64,000 nt of DNA. Origin: Polyangiaceae bacterium (GTDB taxonomy: Bacteria; Myxococcota_A; Polyangia; Polyangiales; Polyangiaceae). The notes below the pieces were generated by a model. The model had not been told where the DNA came from, ran no database searches, and saw nothing but the letters and a program-made list of their open reading frames with translations. Both the position numbers and the translations under genes were made by a program. Shown here in pieces: positions 31,481 to 40,314 of the stretch (position 1 is the first letter of the stretch; each line of letters begins with the position of its first letter). The stretch spans positions 84,531-148,530 of the forward strand of contig JBNKBE010000017.1 in the NCBI GenBank assembly GCA_050287085.1, written 5' to 3'.

Positions 31481-32058
31481 ACTCGGTGTGGCTCGGCAAG
31501 TCCCCGCCGCCCGCGTCGCGGTCGCGCGCCAGCGGCACCAACGGTGTTGCTGGCGCCTCGCTGGCGCGCCGACGGCTCCGACACCTGCGCAACCGTTCCA
31601 GAGCGAAGCCAGAGCGCCGCAAGCAAGAGCAGAAGTATCAACAATCCGAGCGCAATCAGCGGGCGCCGATCCCAGAGGACCGCCCCTCTACGCACCGCGG
31701 CGTCTGCCTTTCGACCGGGCAAGAGCGACAAGAAGAGATCCCCCCGAGCCCCGTCCTCGGCGCCCGCCGCCCCCCGACCACGAAGTCGCACCCTCCGCGC
31801 GCGCGCATCGCCGGGACCGAGGTGCACCTGAACCCGGCGCGCTTCCTCGCCGTCGACGCCGCTGAGCTGCACGGCGCCAGTCCGTTCGCACGCGTCGCAC
31901 CCACCGCCTTCGCAGCGGGCGCAGTGTACCCGACGCGGAAGCTCCACCTCGAGCTTACCCCCTGAGATCAGCCATGCTTCCGGGACCCGAACGCTAAGAC
32001 TGCCGTCCGGACCGCGATCGTCAGGCGAGTGAATCTCAAGCTGAGCCAGTCGGGTCAC
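31465..32058 (-). CDS. J-domain-less DnaJ-like protein (Zn finger + C-terminal-domain-like segment + TM helix)
   Basis: CARCEGGGCDACERTG; VRLRGRG....GARGDLFLSL (DnaJ CTD-like); hydrophobic LIALGLLILLLLLAALW; probable GTG at 32058. Confidence 0.65.
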   Translation of the reverse strand: MTRLAQLEIHSPDDRGPDGSLSVRVPEAWLISGGKLEVELPRRVHCARCEGGGCDACERTGAVQLSGVDGEEARRVQVHLGPGDARARRVRLRGRGAAGAEDGARGDLFLSLLPGRKADAAVRRGAVLWDRRPLIALGLLILLLLLAALWLRSGTVAQVSEPSARQRGASNTVGAAGARPRRGRRGLAEPHRVWGLG

Positions 32059-32220
32059 GGGTGCGAGTGTACCGGGGAAATCAGAGCGGCGCGTCCCTTG
32101 TGTGCCGCGAAAGAACAATGTGGCGCCTCCGCCGCGCGGCGCCGCGTGCCGCTGTGAAACTCGCCACCTGCGCGGCAGACGGGGCATGACAAAGCGAAAA
32201 ACTGCGCTAGCCTCTAACTT

Positions 32221-32314
32221 GAGCTGTGAGTCTGAACCCCTTGCAGCTCGCTTGGCTCTTCGATTCCTCCCTGTTCAAGGCGCCACGGCTCTTGCCGTGG
32301 CGCCGCCTTTTTTT
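32221..32314 (+). ncRNA. Candidate small RNA or attenuating leader
   Basis: 5' hairpin GAGCTGTGAG/CTTGCAGCTC, pyrimidine-rich linker containing TTCCTCCC, then a strong intrinsic terminator; no + strand gene lies directly upstream. Confidence 0.4.
32279..32314 (+). terminator. Rho-independent terminator
   Basis: Perfect 11-bp stem GGCGCCACGGC-TCTT-GCCGTGGCGCC followed by GCC and T7. Confidence 0.75.
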
Positions 32315-32419
32315 CGCACCAGCAGAGCCGCGTCTGCAGCCCTTCCGGCCCGGCTCCGTGGACGAAGCTGCAACACGGGGTGGGCTTAGGCAACCCGCCT
32401 GCGGCATACTTCCGCCCCC

Positions 32420-34834
32420 ATGCGGCGTGCTCTCGTCTTCCAGTTCTCTCCGGTTTCGCTCGCCGCTTCACCGACCGCAGCCGGTGATGTCTTTCACACT
32501 CTCGTTCAGACGCTCAACGTACGGGAGATCGCGACCACTCATCCGAGCCCCCCATCGCCAAGCGCGCTGCAATCCTGGTCCGCTCCTGCAGCGCAGGTGG
32601 GGTGTGAACTCGCTATGGCCATCGGCGCCGTACCACTGCGAGCAGAAGGGGCCGAGCTCGGCCTCGACCTCGGAGCAGGAGCGCCTTTTCCCGTCCGAGA
32701 GTTCCTGGCGTTGCTCCGCGACAACGGTCAACGAGCGCTGCTATTTCTAGAGACGTCCTGCTCTCAACAACCGGAGGCCTGTGTCCAAGCGCTGCTCGCC
32801 GTGGCTGAACGAGAGGAAGTCCTCGTGGTTCTGGAGCTGCTGACAGGCACCGCAACGGGGTCACTGGTTCAGACCCTCGAGGACGCGCTAAACGACCACA
32901 CGTTGCGAGAGGAGATCACCCCGACCGGTCAGGGGTTGTCTCTGCATGAGCTCCTGACCAGAATCGAGGCTCGCCGCGGAGACAGAGCTCCGCTAATCGT
33001 GGGTCCGGGACCGCGAGACATCGAGGTCCTCCCCCCATTGCGACGGATCTTCGAATCCGAAACACTGCTGGACGAGAGTGACCACCATCGCACTACGGTG
33101 GAGGTTCCCCAGACCCTTCCCGGAACGCCTTCCCTGGAGCCCGCGACCCCGCCGCAATTCACCAGCCAGGACTCGGCACCAACCGAATCCGCCCCCGCAC
33201 TGCCGGGGCCGCACGATAGCGAAGATACCCTGCACAGCCTGCGGGCACCCTCTCCACCCTTTGGCATCGCTGCAGCTCAAGCCAGCGCTGCAGCTCAAGC
33301 CAGCGCTGCAGCTCAAGCCAGCGCTGCAGCTCAAGCCAGCGTGCCCTACAACACCGCGCAACGCGCCCTGCTCGGCGAAGCGCTGCGGGCTTCTGTGGCA
33401 GGCCAGAGAGAGCACGCCCGCCTGCTCTGCGTGCAATGTCTGACGGAGTACCCGGCGTTGCGGTCCACCTATGAGGGTGTCATCAACATACTTGCGTACC
33501 ACCACTGCCATGTGGAACTGCTCCAAGCCTACGAACAACTCATTGCCCTACAAGACGATCAGGATATCAAAGCTGCCATCTACCGAACCAGCGCACAGAT
33601 CGCCGCTGAACAGCTACAGGATCACAAGCGAGCCACAGCTTACCTCGAGTCCGCACTGGCGCATCGCCCCCATGATGAAGCCCTGCAGCGGGAGTTGAAC
33701 GCGCGGAAAGCCGCCGCCGGTGTGGCCACTGAAGATTCTGCCACCCGTGACGAGACCTATGCCGACGGTCGACTTCAGAGCGAAGACCGGGCCGTCGCGC
33801 CCGCCCGCCATGGCACAGCCTCTCCGGTCGAAACCGCCCACACGCCAGCACCGGAACGCTACCACCAACGGCTCGTGGCCCTATCGAATGCCTCGAGCGT
33901 GGACGTCCAACTTCAAGCCGCATCGGTCGCGGCTGTGTTGGGCTGCGCAACACCGGCCCAACACGGGCTACTAGCCCAGCACGCGACCCCGAGTCTGCCC
34001 CAACCGATTCGCGCCCTGACAATCGATGATCTCGAAGGTCCCCTGCGCCCCAAGCGCCGCGATCAAGCCATCCAGAAAGTGATGCAAGACCTGGCTGGAA
34101 GCGCAATTCAACTGTGGCAGATCAAGCCCAAGCAGCAGCAACGTCTCCTTTCTCACTACACGGAGGAAGACGCTCAGAAGAGCACCGCCACCTTGGCGCG
34201 TGCCATGGTGTGGGCTAGCCAACTGCTCGGAGTGGAGACGCCGCGATTGTTCATCGCCACCGAAGGACGTACGCTAGCGCCTCTCCCCTTGCAGCAAGCG
34301 GGTTGGGTTGCAAGCCGACCGCTAGGACGCGGCCCCAACCTCAAAGAGTTGGTCTTCATCTGGGCCCGTGCTCTGGCCCGCGGCATTGGTCCGCTGCGAA
34401 TCTTGCTACCGTGCCCGACGGCCCAAGAATTGGAGGAAATGGTCCTTGCCGCGCAGGAGGCTGCGCTTGGACAGGCGCTGGATGGCGAAAGCGCACGCCC
34501 CCTTGCCAAGCGCCTGCGCGCCACCCTCAACGAGCATCGGTTGCGTGAGCTGCAGCACGTGCTCGAAGCCATGCCCCCAAGCGTGCTGCGTGAACGCGTG
34601 CGCGACTGGCATGCCGACGCTACGGAATGGACCAACCGCATTGCCCTGCTCGCCTGCGGCGACGTGCAAACCGCCCAGACCGCGCTCACCTTCCTTGCGC
34701 CAGAAAACGTCGGCGCTCAGTTGGGCCACGTCTACTCATTTGCTTTGGCGCCGACCTACCACGAACTACGGCGAGCGCTGGGTGTTGCACCCAAAGATGA
34801 TCTGCCGTCAGAAGACGTCGTATTCCACGTCTAA
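32420..34834 (+). CDS. Hypothetical multidomain protein (possible degenerate caspase-like N-terminus, TPR-like region, myxobacterial TPR-protein C-terminal domain)
   Basis: 804-aa ORF; C-terminus 'NRIALLACGDV...YHELRRALG' resembles that of the 580..6522 protein. Confidence 0.75.
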   Translation: MRRALVFQFSPVSLAASPTAAGDVFHTLVQTLNVREIATTHPSPPSPSALQSWSAPAAQVGCELAMAIGAVPLRAEGAELGLDLGAGAPFPVREFLALLRDNGQRALLFLETSCSQQPEACVQALLAVAEREEVLVVLELLTGTATGSLVQTLEDALNDHTLREEITPTGQGLSLHELLTRIEARRGDRAPLIVGPGPRDIEVLPPLRRIFESETLLDESDHHRTTVEVPQTLPGTPSLEPATPPQFTSQDSAPTESAPALPGPHDSEDTLHSLRAPSPPFGIAAAQASAAAQASAAAQASAAAQASVPYNTAQRALLGEALRASVAGQREHARLLCVQCLTEYPALRSTYEGVINILAYHHCHVELLQAYEQLIALQDDQDIKAAIYRTSAQIAAEQLQDHKRATAYLESALAHRPHDEALQRELNARKAAAGVATEDSATRDETYADGRLQSEDRAVAPARHGTASPVETAHTPAPERYHQRLVALSNASSVDVQLQAASVAAVLGCATPAQHGLLAQHATPSLPQPIRALTIDDLEGPLRPKRRDQAIQKVMQDLAGSAIQLWQIKPKQQQRLLSHYTEEDAQKSTATLARAMVWASQLLGVETPRLFIATEGRTLAPLPLQQAGWVASRPLGRGPNLKELVFIWARALARGIGPLRILLPCPTAQELEEMVLAAQEAALGQALDGESARPLAKRLRATLNEHRLRELQHVLEAMPPSVLRERVRDWHADATEWTNRIALLACGDVQTAQTALTFLAPENVGAQLGHVYSFALAPTYHELRRALGVAPKDDLPSEDVVFHV
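33269..33340 (+). repeat. In-frame 18-bp tandem repeat x4 (AAAQAS)
   Basis: GCTGCAGCTCAAGCCAGC repeated four times exactly. Confidence 0.95.
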
Positions 34835-35010
34835 GGTCCCACGGGTGGGAAAGTCAGTCGCGAGCCGGTCGAGACCGCAGCGAGGTGGGCGCGTGAGGAG
34901 CGAGCACCGCAGAGCTACTCCAGTAGCTCGAGGAGCACAGCGACGAGCCCGCACGCCGCAGCAAGTGGATCGGCCGGCGTAGTATGACTTTTCCACTCGT
35001 GGGACCTTAG
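34831..35010 (+). mobile_element. MITE-like inverted-repeat element, copy 1 (180 bp)
   Basis: 26-nt terminal inverted repeats CTAAGGTCCCACGGGTGGGAAAGTCA / TGACTTTTCCACTCGTGGGACCTTAG (24/26); homologous copies elsewhere in the window. Confidence 0.75.
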
Positions 35011-35057
35011 GTCCCACGGGTGGGAAAGTCAGTCGCGAGCCGGTCGAGACCGCAGCG
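35009..35057 (+). repeat. Truncated tandem copy of the element's left end
   Basis: 49 bp identical to 34834..34882, fused at the terminal TAG of copy 1. Confidence 0.9.
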
Positions 35058-35115
35058 TACCCTGCTGACTTGACCTGCTGACTCCGCCTGCCGGCTCTCG
35101 CACACAAGGACAACG

Positions 35116-35865
35116 CTAGGACGCAGCTGGCCGCACTACGATCCGAAGCTCACCGGTGGAGTTCTTGGCTGGCTTGTCCGTGCGTTGGGTATCGGCAAAA
35201 GCTGCAGCGCTAACCCCTTTGCCCCCAAAACCACAATCGCGCATCATCTGTACCGCGACGGCGGCGCGCGCTGCGGTGACGTCCCATTGCGTCTTGAAGC
35301 TCTTGTGCAGCGCGGCGTCGCTAACGTCTGCTTCGTGGGAATGAGAACCTACGGCAACTTCGCTGTTGCCGGCCACGGCTTTCAACGCCTTCGCCAAGGT
35401 GCACAGTAGCTTCTTGCCGCTCGGATGGAGAGCCACGTCGTGGCTCCGATAGAGCTGGAGGTCGTCGATCGTGATCACGGTGTCGTCGCCTGAACGACTG
35501 AGCGCGACGAGCCCCTTCTTGGTCGAACTCGCCAACTTGTCCTTGAGCCGCGAGTTCAAGTCGACGGACACCTCCGCCTTTGCGGATTCAGCTGCCGCCA
35601 CCGCCTTGAGCTCGGATGACGCACCCTTCAACTCCTTCTGCGTTTCCTCAAGCTGCTCCGTCATCTTCGCCAACTGCTCACGCGTCGCCGCATGAGCAGA
35701 ACTCTCCTCTTCGTAGGCCGTCGCTAACGCCCGTTGTGCGGCGCGCAGCGGCATGTGGAAGCCAAACGCGAAGGTGGCGAGTGCGATAGCGAGCAAGCCC
35801 GCGAGTACATGCGGCACCTTCGACCCCGAAGGGCTGGTGCGCGACGAAAAAGGGTCCCGGGCCAT
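35116..35865 (-). CDS. MotB/OmpA-like membrane-anchored protein (degenerate peptidoglycan-binding motifs)
   Basis: N-terminal TM helix, coiled coil, OmpA-like C-terminal domain (QWDVTAARAAVAV, VSAAAFADT); ATG at 35865. Confidence 0.7.
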   Translation of the reverse strand: MARDPFSSRTSPSGSKVPHVLAGLLAIALATFAFGFHMPLRAAQRALATAYEEESSAHAATREQLAKMTEQLEETQKELKGASSELKAVAAAESAKAEVSVDLNSRLKDKLASSTKKGLVALSRSGDDTVITIDDLQLYRSHDVALHPSGKKLLCTLAKALKAVAGNSEVAVGSHSHEADVSDAALHKSFKTQWDVTAARAAVAVQMMRDCGFGGKGVSAAAFADTQRTDKPAKNSTGELRIVVRPAAS

Positions 35866-36132
35866 GGGGGCGAAATGTAGCGAAAGACCGAGGGATGGGC
35901 CAAGCCCGACGACTTCAAGGCTTGAAATTGCACCCATCCGACGGCGCGCACGCTTCCGGCCGCTCACCCGGCAAGCGCCCCCCCCGTTGCTTGCACGTGC
36001 CACCGCCAATCGCGCTACCCTCTACCTGTCGCAGTCCGACAAGGAGGCCTGTGGCACTTGAGTCTTTTCCTGCGGCATTGTGGGGGCACGTGCGGGCCAC
36101 CAACGCCGCTCAGATGCGAGGACGACGTAGCC

Positions 36133-37263
36133 ATGACCGAAGACCATTGGGAAGTTGCCCTCGACGACGGCGAGATCAAGCGCATGACGGTAGATCAACT
36201 CGACGACGCGTTCCGCCTGGGAATAGTGCACGGGGCAACCATGGTGCGCCAGCAAGGGCAGCCTCAATGGCAACCCCTAAGCGCCGCCGCTGGCTTGGAT
36301 GAAGACGAGCTGGACGCAGAAGGCGAAGATGCACCCGACGCAGGCGAAGCAGAGCCCTTGAATTCCGAGCACGGTGTCTCTGAAGGCAATGTCTCTCAAG
36401 GCAATACTGCCGCCGCTCCAAGCGCCCCGGCGGAAGAGCCAGCTCCGCCCTCAACACCAATGGCGCCCCCAAGACCCGCGCGACGCCTCGGGGTAGGAAC
36501 TGCCGTGGTGGCTGTGCCACGCCCCACCGTGGACGGCCACCCGCCACGCGCCGCCTACCCGAGCCAGGTCCCGCCCCCGGTCAGCCTCACTCGCGGCGAC
36601 GCCGCCGAGCGCAGCAGCCCGCAGATCCCAGTGGCCACCGTGACGCGCAGCGGCCTGCCACCCGCGCTTCCGGCCCTCGCTCCCCTGGCGCCCCTCGCTC
36701 CCCTGGCGCCCTTCGCGACGAGAAGCGCGGAGCCGAAGGCCGCCGAAGCCGCTGATATGGGAGTCGCCCTCGGCACCCAAACAGTGCGAGATCTTGCACC
36801 CGCTAGCGCAGCGGCGTTGCCATCGGCCGCCCCTCCACCGCTACCGCCCAATGCGTTCTCCTCGCCCTCGAAGCCACCTCCGCTGCCTCCTGGAGCTTTC
36901 GCGCCAAACGCGTCCCGGGACCTGCACGCCAGCAAAGCCAGCAGTGTCCCCCCCGCGCCGCTTCCAGTCGCAAATTTCGACCCGGCGCATCTCAGCGGCA
37001 ACCTACAGAGCATCACGAGTCCAGAACCGGTCGAATCCTTCGGTAAAGCCAAGACAGGCGGCCACGGCGGCGCCTTCCTCGTATTGGGCATCGCGCTCGT
37101 GGGCGGTGCCCTGCTCACCTTGCAACGCAATAACATGCTGGGCAAAAAGCTCAGCGACGAAGCGCTATTTGACGAGCCGAGCCTCTACACGCCAAGCGGC
37201 GTGCAAACGTGGCTGGCGCGACGGAAGCAGCAAACCGCTATCCCTGGACGCGCGATCGAGTGA
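36133..37263 (+). CDS. GYF-like domain, proline-rich membrane protein
   Basis: N-terminal WEV..DDGEIKRMTVDQLDDAFRLG.V...T.V...G...WQPL (GYF_2-like), Pro/Ala-rich linker, one TM helix; ATG at 36133. Confidence 0.75.
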   Translation: MTEDHWEVALDDGEIKRMTVDQLDDAFRLGIVHGATMVRQQGQPQWQPLSAAAGLDEDELDAEGEDAPDAGEAEPLNSEHGVSEGNVSQGNTAAAPSAPAEEPAPPSTPMAPPRPARRLGVGTAVVAVPRPTVDGHPPRAAYPSQVPPPVSLTRGDAAERSSPQIPVATVTRSGLPPALPALAPLAPLAPLAPFATRSAEPKAAEAADMGVALGTQTVRDLAPASAAALPSAAPPPLPPNAFSSPSKPPPLPPGAFAPNASRDLHASKASSVPPAPLPVANFDPAHLSGNLQSITSPEPVESFGKAKTGGHGGAFLVLGIALVGGALLTLQRNNMLGKKLSDEALFDEPSLYTPSGVQTWLARRKQQTAIPGRAIE

Positions 37264-37721
37264 AGGATGGCAAGAAGTACAGCGGCGACAATCGCCTAGC
37301 CGCGCCGAGCAGCTCCCCCTACCCGGTGACGCGCCTCTCGGCGCCGATTTCGCTTGTCGACGTCGCACAGCAAATCGAAGCCGCCTCCGAAGTCATAGCG
37401 ATGCGGACCAACGCGCAACTCCAGGTTATCGCGGAACAGATCCAGACCCTACGCGAGCGCGCGGAGCAACTGATGCAGCAGGCGCAAGATGACCTTGCAC
37501 TGCACCAAGCCGAGTGTGGCTTTAGAAAAATCGTCGGACAGGAGTACCACCTGTACCAAGTCGATGACGGACGCCACGTTATCTCCCGACTGTCGCCCAG
37601 CGACTACGGAGGCCGACCGCCGCACGCCTTCGTCGCCAGCTATCGCTTGGAGACCGACCAATCGTGGACCTGCGTGACACCCAAAGGGCAAAGCGAAACG
37701 CTCCAGAAAAGCCGAAGCTAG
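37260..37721 (+). CDS. DUF2452 family protein
   Basis: QLQVIAEQIQTLRERAEQL...LHQAECGFRKIVGQEYHLY...SRLSPSDY...YRLETDQSW; GTG overlaps the upstream TGA. Confidence 0.8.
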   Translation: MKDGKKYSGDNRLAAPSSSPYPVTRLSAPISLVDVAQQIEAASEVIAMRTNAQLQVIAEQIQTLRERAEQLMQQAQDDLALHQAECGFRKIVGQEYHLYQVDDGRHVISRLSPSDYGGRPPHAFVASYRLETDQSWTCVTPKGQSETLQKSRS

Positions 37722-38755
37722 CGGCTCAAGCCGACGCGACGCCTGGCCAAGAGACAGGCTTCTCCACGCAATGGGAAATCTTCACAGGAGTGGGGCCGCT
37801 CCGCATACTCACGGCAGCGAAATAGTGCACTCTTGCCATCACCGTCCAGCATCGGGCAGCGCCCCCCAGGACGTGGCAAGTGCGACCCGAGCGAAGAGAC
37901 GACCACAAGCGCCTCGTGTCGACGGCGAAAGCGATCCCCAGCAGGTACCAACACGAGGTCAAATCCTTCGCGACAGCAAGCGCCACACCGACCGCACTCA
38001 GCGGCGTCGAAACTGGATTCGAAGCGTTCACAGGCTCGCCCCTCGGCTGCAAGCTCAGGCCCCAGCTGGTCGCCACGAAAGCGACGGACGCAATGTCCCT
38101 GCCCCGAACTCGTGGCCTGAAACCACGCGCACCCGCCACAGGTCTCGTCTGACCGTGGTGACATCAAGAAGCCAGTCAGATGCCGCTCCCGCGTGAGCGC
38201 CCACAGGTTCTTCCCGGGAGCAACGGCGCGCACCACGTCGGCAATCTGCGCGGTGCGGCGCAGGCCATCGGTCAGCGCGCGCGCGAACGGAACTCGTTCG
38301 GAACGCACATGCCCCGCGCGCGCCAGCTCGATCGCGGGATCATCACCGTCGGCAAGAGGCTCTGCAGGAAGGGCATCCCAATACGGCCGCCAGTCCGTGG
38401 TCACCGCCATGAAGTCGCGTAGTCCGTAGGGATCTGCCAAGGCCGCCTGCAAGCGGTGGCACGCATGTTCCATCACGAGGTCGCGATCCGTCTCGTTGCA
38501 CAACCCCCAGTCTCGTTCATGCAACCCCGCGGGCCCCGCGATCAGCGCGTGGCAGATCTCATGAAATACCAGCTGCGCCAGACTGTCGTCGGGGTCCAGG
38601 GTCGCGGGTGTGGCCAGAAACAGCGTGCCAGCCCCGTCCCACGTAGCATACGCGCGATCGTCACGTCGGACCTCCCAGCCTAGGTCCTCCATTACGCGGA
38701 GCCAGATCAGATCTACCGGATCGGTATATTGGTGCAATACAGGGCGGGTCGACAT
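37718..38755 (-). CDS. HExxH-domain protein fused to a Cys cluster and a YkgJ-type CxxCxxCC domain
   Basis: LVFHEICHALIAG; CGGCAWF..C..ACERFE; CGRCGACC..CPML..CREYAERPHSC..GEACLLARRR; probable ATG at 38755. Confidence 0.8.
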   Translation of the reverse strand: MSTRPVLHQYTDPVDLIWLRVMEDLGWEVRRDDRAYATWDGAGTLFLATPATLDPDDSLAQLVFHEICHALIAGPAGLHERDWGLCNETDRDLVMEHACHRLQAALADPYGLRDFMAVTTDWRPYWDALPAEPLADGDDPAIELARAGHVRSERVPFARALTDGLRRTAQIADVVRAVAPGKNLWALTRERHLTGFLMSPRSDETCGGCAWFQATSSGQGHCVRRFRGDQLGPELAAEGRACERFESSFDAAECGRCGACCREGFDLVLVPAGDRFRRRHEALVVVSSLGSHLPRPGGRCPMLDGDGKSALFRCREYAERPHSCEDFPLRGEACLLARRRVGLSR

Positions 38756-38886
38756 GGGGATGCTCGCGGCAAGCCTTAGCAGCTGCCCCACGGCTTGAAA
38801 ACCAGCGCCGCCCAGCGCCGGCATCGTTCCAAAACCCTCCGTCAGTTCTGGAACAATCCAGCTCTGATCCTACACATCGAGCTAGC

Positions 38887-40260
38887 TCAACGCGGAACAG
38901 TGCCGCTGAAGGCCGAACCGGAAGGCTGACGGGTGCGCAGTCGCATGACGTAGTCCCGCGGTGCCATTCCAACGAGACGTCGAAAGACGCGATGGAATTG
39001 TGCATAGCTCCCAAACCCTGCGTCCCGAGACGCCTCGAGCAAATTGCTTCCAGCGTCATCGATGGCCGAGAAGAAGCGGTCCAAACGCAGTCGATTCCGA
39101 TACTCGACCATCGACATACCCGCCTCCGTTTTGAAAAGCCGAGCCAGGTGCCCATCGCTCAGCCCTACGCGCCGAGAAAGAGCCCCTCCGGTCAAACGCG
39201 GTTCCTCACGCAGCGTATGCATCACCGTTCTGACCGCTTCGTGCAGCTCCGTGCGCTGCGATAGGGTCTCCCAGACTGCAGCCGCTCCCGAGCCGCTAGC
39301 ATCAGCACGGCGGAGACCTGGCATCTCGGAATGCGAGTGGGTCTCCAGCGCCGAGTGAGCGTATCCGGGGTAATGCCTCTCCGAATCCATGGCCCCATAC
39401 GCGGCATACGCGGCCGAGCCCGACCCCGGGAAAGCCTCCGTTGGAGGCGACTCAAGCGGCGCCCCCCCGTGCCTTTCGTTCGCGCCCAGATAGCCAATTG
39501 AATAGCGGGACAGGTAGACCGCAAGGCGCGAAGCAAAAAGCGCGAGCGCGTGTTGCTGCGCGCCGTCTACCGCCGCCCCCGTCAGTGCGCTGTCGTTGTA
39601 GATAAGGCCCACGGGGTTGGGGCCCGAGACCAATGGCGTCATGGCCACCCACCCGTGTCGAAACACCGATGAGCCGAACGCGGAATGCTCGACCAGCGGT
39701 GCGTCTGTCGCCACAAAGTAGGCTCCAGCTCCCGCAAAAAACTGCTGATGAGCATGTTGCTCCAGACGTCCCGCTGCATAGACGACGTGCCGTTCGTCGG
39801 TTGTGCGCCCGTAGCGATCGGTCCCGAACGTTCCCGTCAGCATTGAGTCGCGGTAAAGGTAGATAGCGGCGCGCTCCACCCCGAGCCGAGTGCGCAGAAT
39901 CTGAAGAGCCGAGTAGCAGAGATGAGGCGCCGAATGCCCGGCGGCAGCAGCTTGATCCAGCTCCGCCAATGCCGAAGCCAACGCTGGCGGCTGGGGCCAA
40001 GCGCCCCCACCCGCGCCTCCGTAGGACGATGAGCCCCGCTCGATGGGTTCTGCGCCGGAGGGCAACTCAGCGGCCGCCAACACGTCCTCCGGAAAACACA
40101 CGTGCTCCGCGTTCGCGCGGCGCGAAAGATGGGGGCCCCACACATCGTGCAGCGGATCTACCAGCGGCTGGTTTGCGTGGAGGTCGTTGACCGAGGTCGT
40201 TGGAACAAGAGCACCGATGTCCATTGCGGCGCCATGGAACACCGAGAACGGGCAGATCAC
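38887..40260 (-). CDS. AraC family transcriptional regulator with GAF-like domain
   Basis: C-terminal LARLFK...EYRNRLRL...AGFGSYAQFHRVFRR..G..PRDY; GAF-like LGVERAAIYL...TPL....VGLIYND. Start uncertain. Confidence 0.85.
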   Translation of the reverse strand: MICPFSVFHGAAMDIGALVPTTSVNDLHANQPLVDPLHDVWGPHLSRRANAEHVCFPEDVLAAAELPSGAEPIERGSSSYGGAGGGAWPQPPALASALAELDQAAAAGHSAPHLCYSALQILRTRLGVERAAIYLYRDSMLTGTFGTDRYGRTTDERHVVYAAGRLEQHAHQQFFAGAGAYFVATDAPLVEHSAFGSSVFRHGWVAMTPLVSGPNPVGLIYNDSALTGAAVDGAQQHALALFASRLAVYLSRYSIGYLGANERHGGAPLESPPTEAFPGSGSAAYAAYGAMDSERHYPGYAHSALETHSHSEMPGLRRADASGSGAAAVWETLSQRTELHEAVRTVMHTLREEPRLTGGALSRRVGLSDGHLARLFKTEAGMSMVEYRNRLRLDRFFSAIDDAGSNLLEASRDAGFGSYAQFHRVFRRLVGMAPRDYVMRLRTRQPSGSAFSGTVPR

Positions 40261-40314
40261 CGTTCGATCAGTCTTTCTTACAGCAGAACGGCTGTTCGCC
40301 TATTTAGCCACACC

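Noticed and set aside
34831..35057. Autonomous IS element, or real small CDSs (34808..35113, 56952..57170, 61684..62373)
   Set aside because: No transposase; these ORFs are chance translations of the repeat family.
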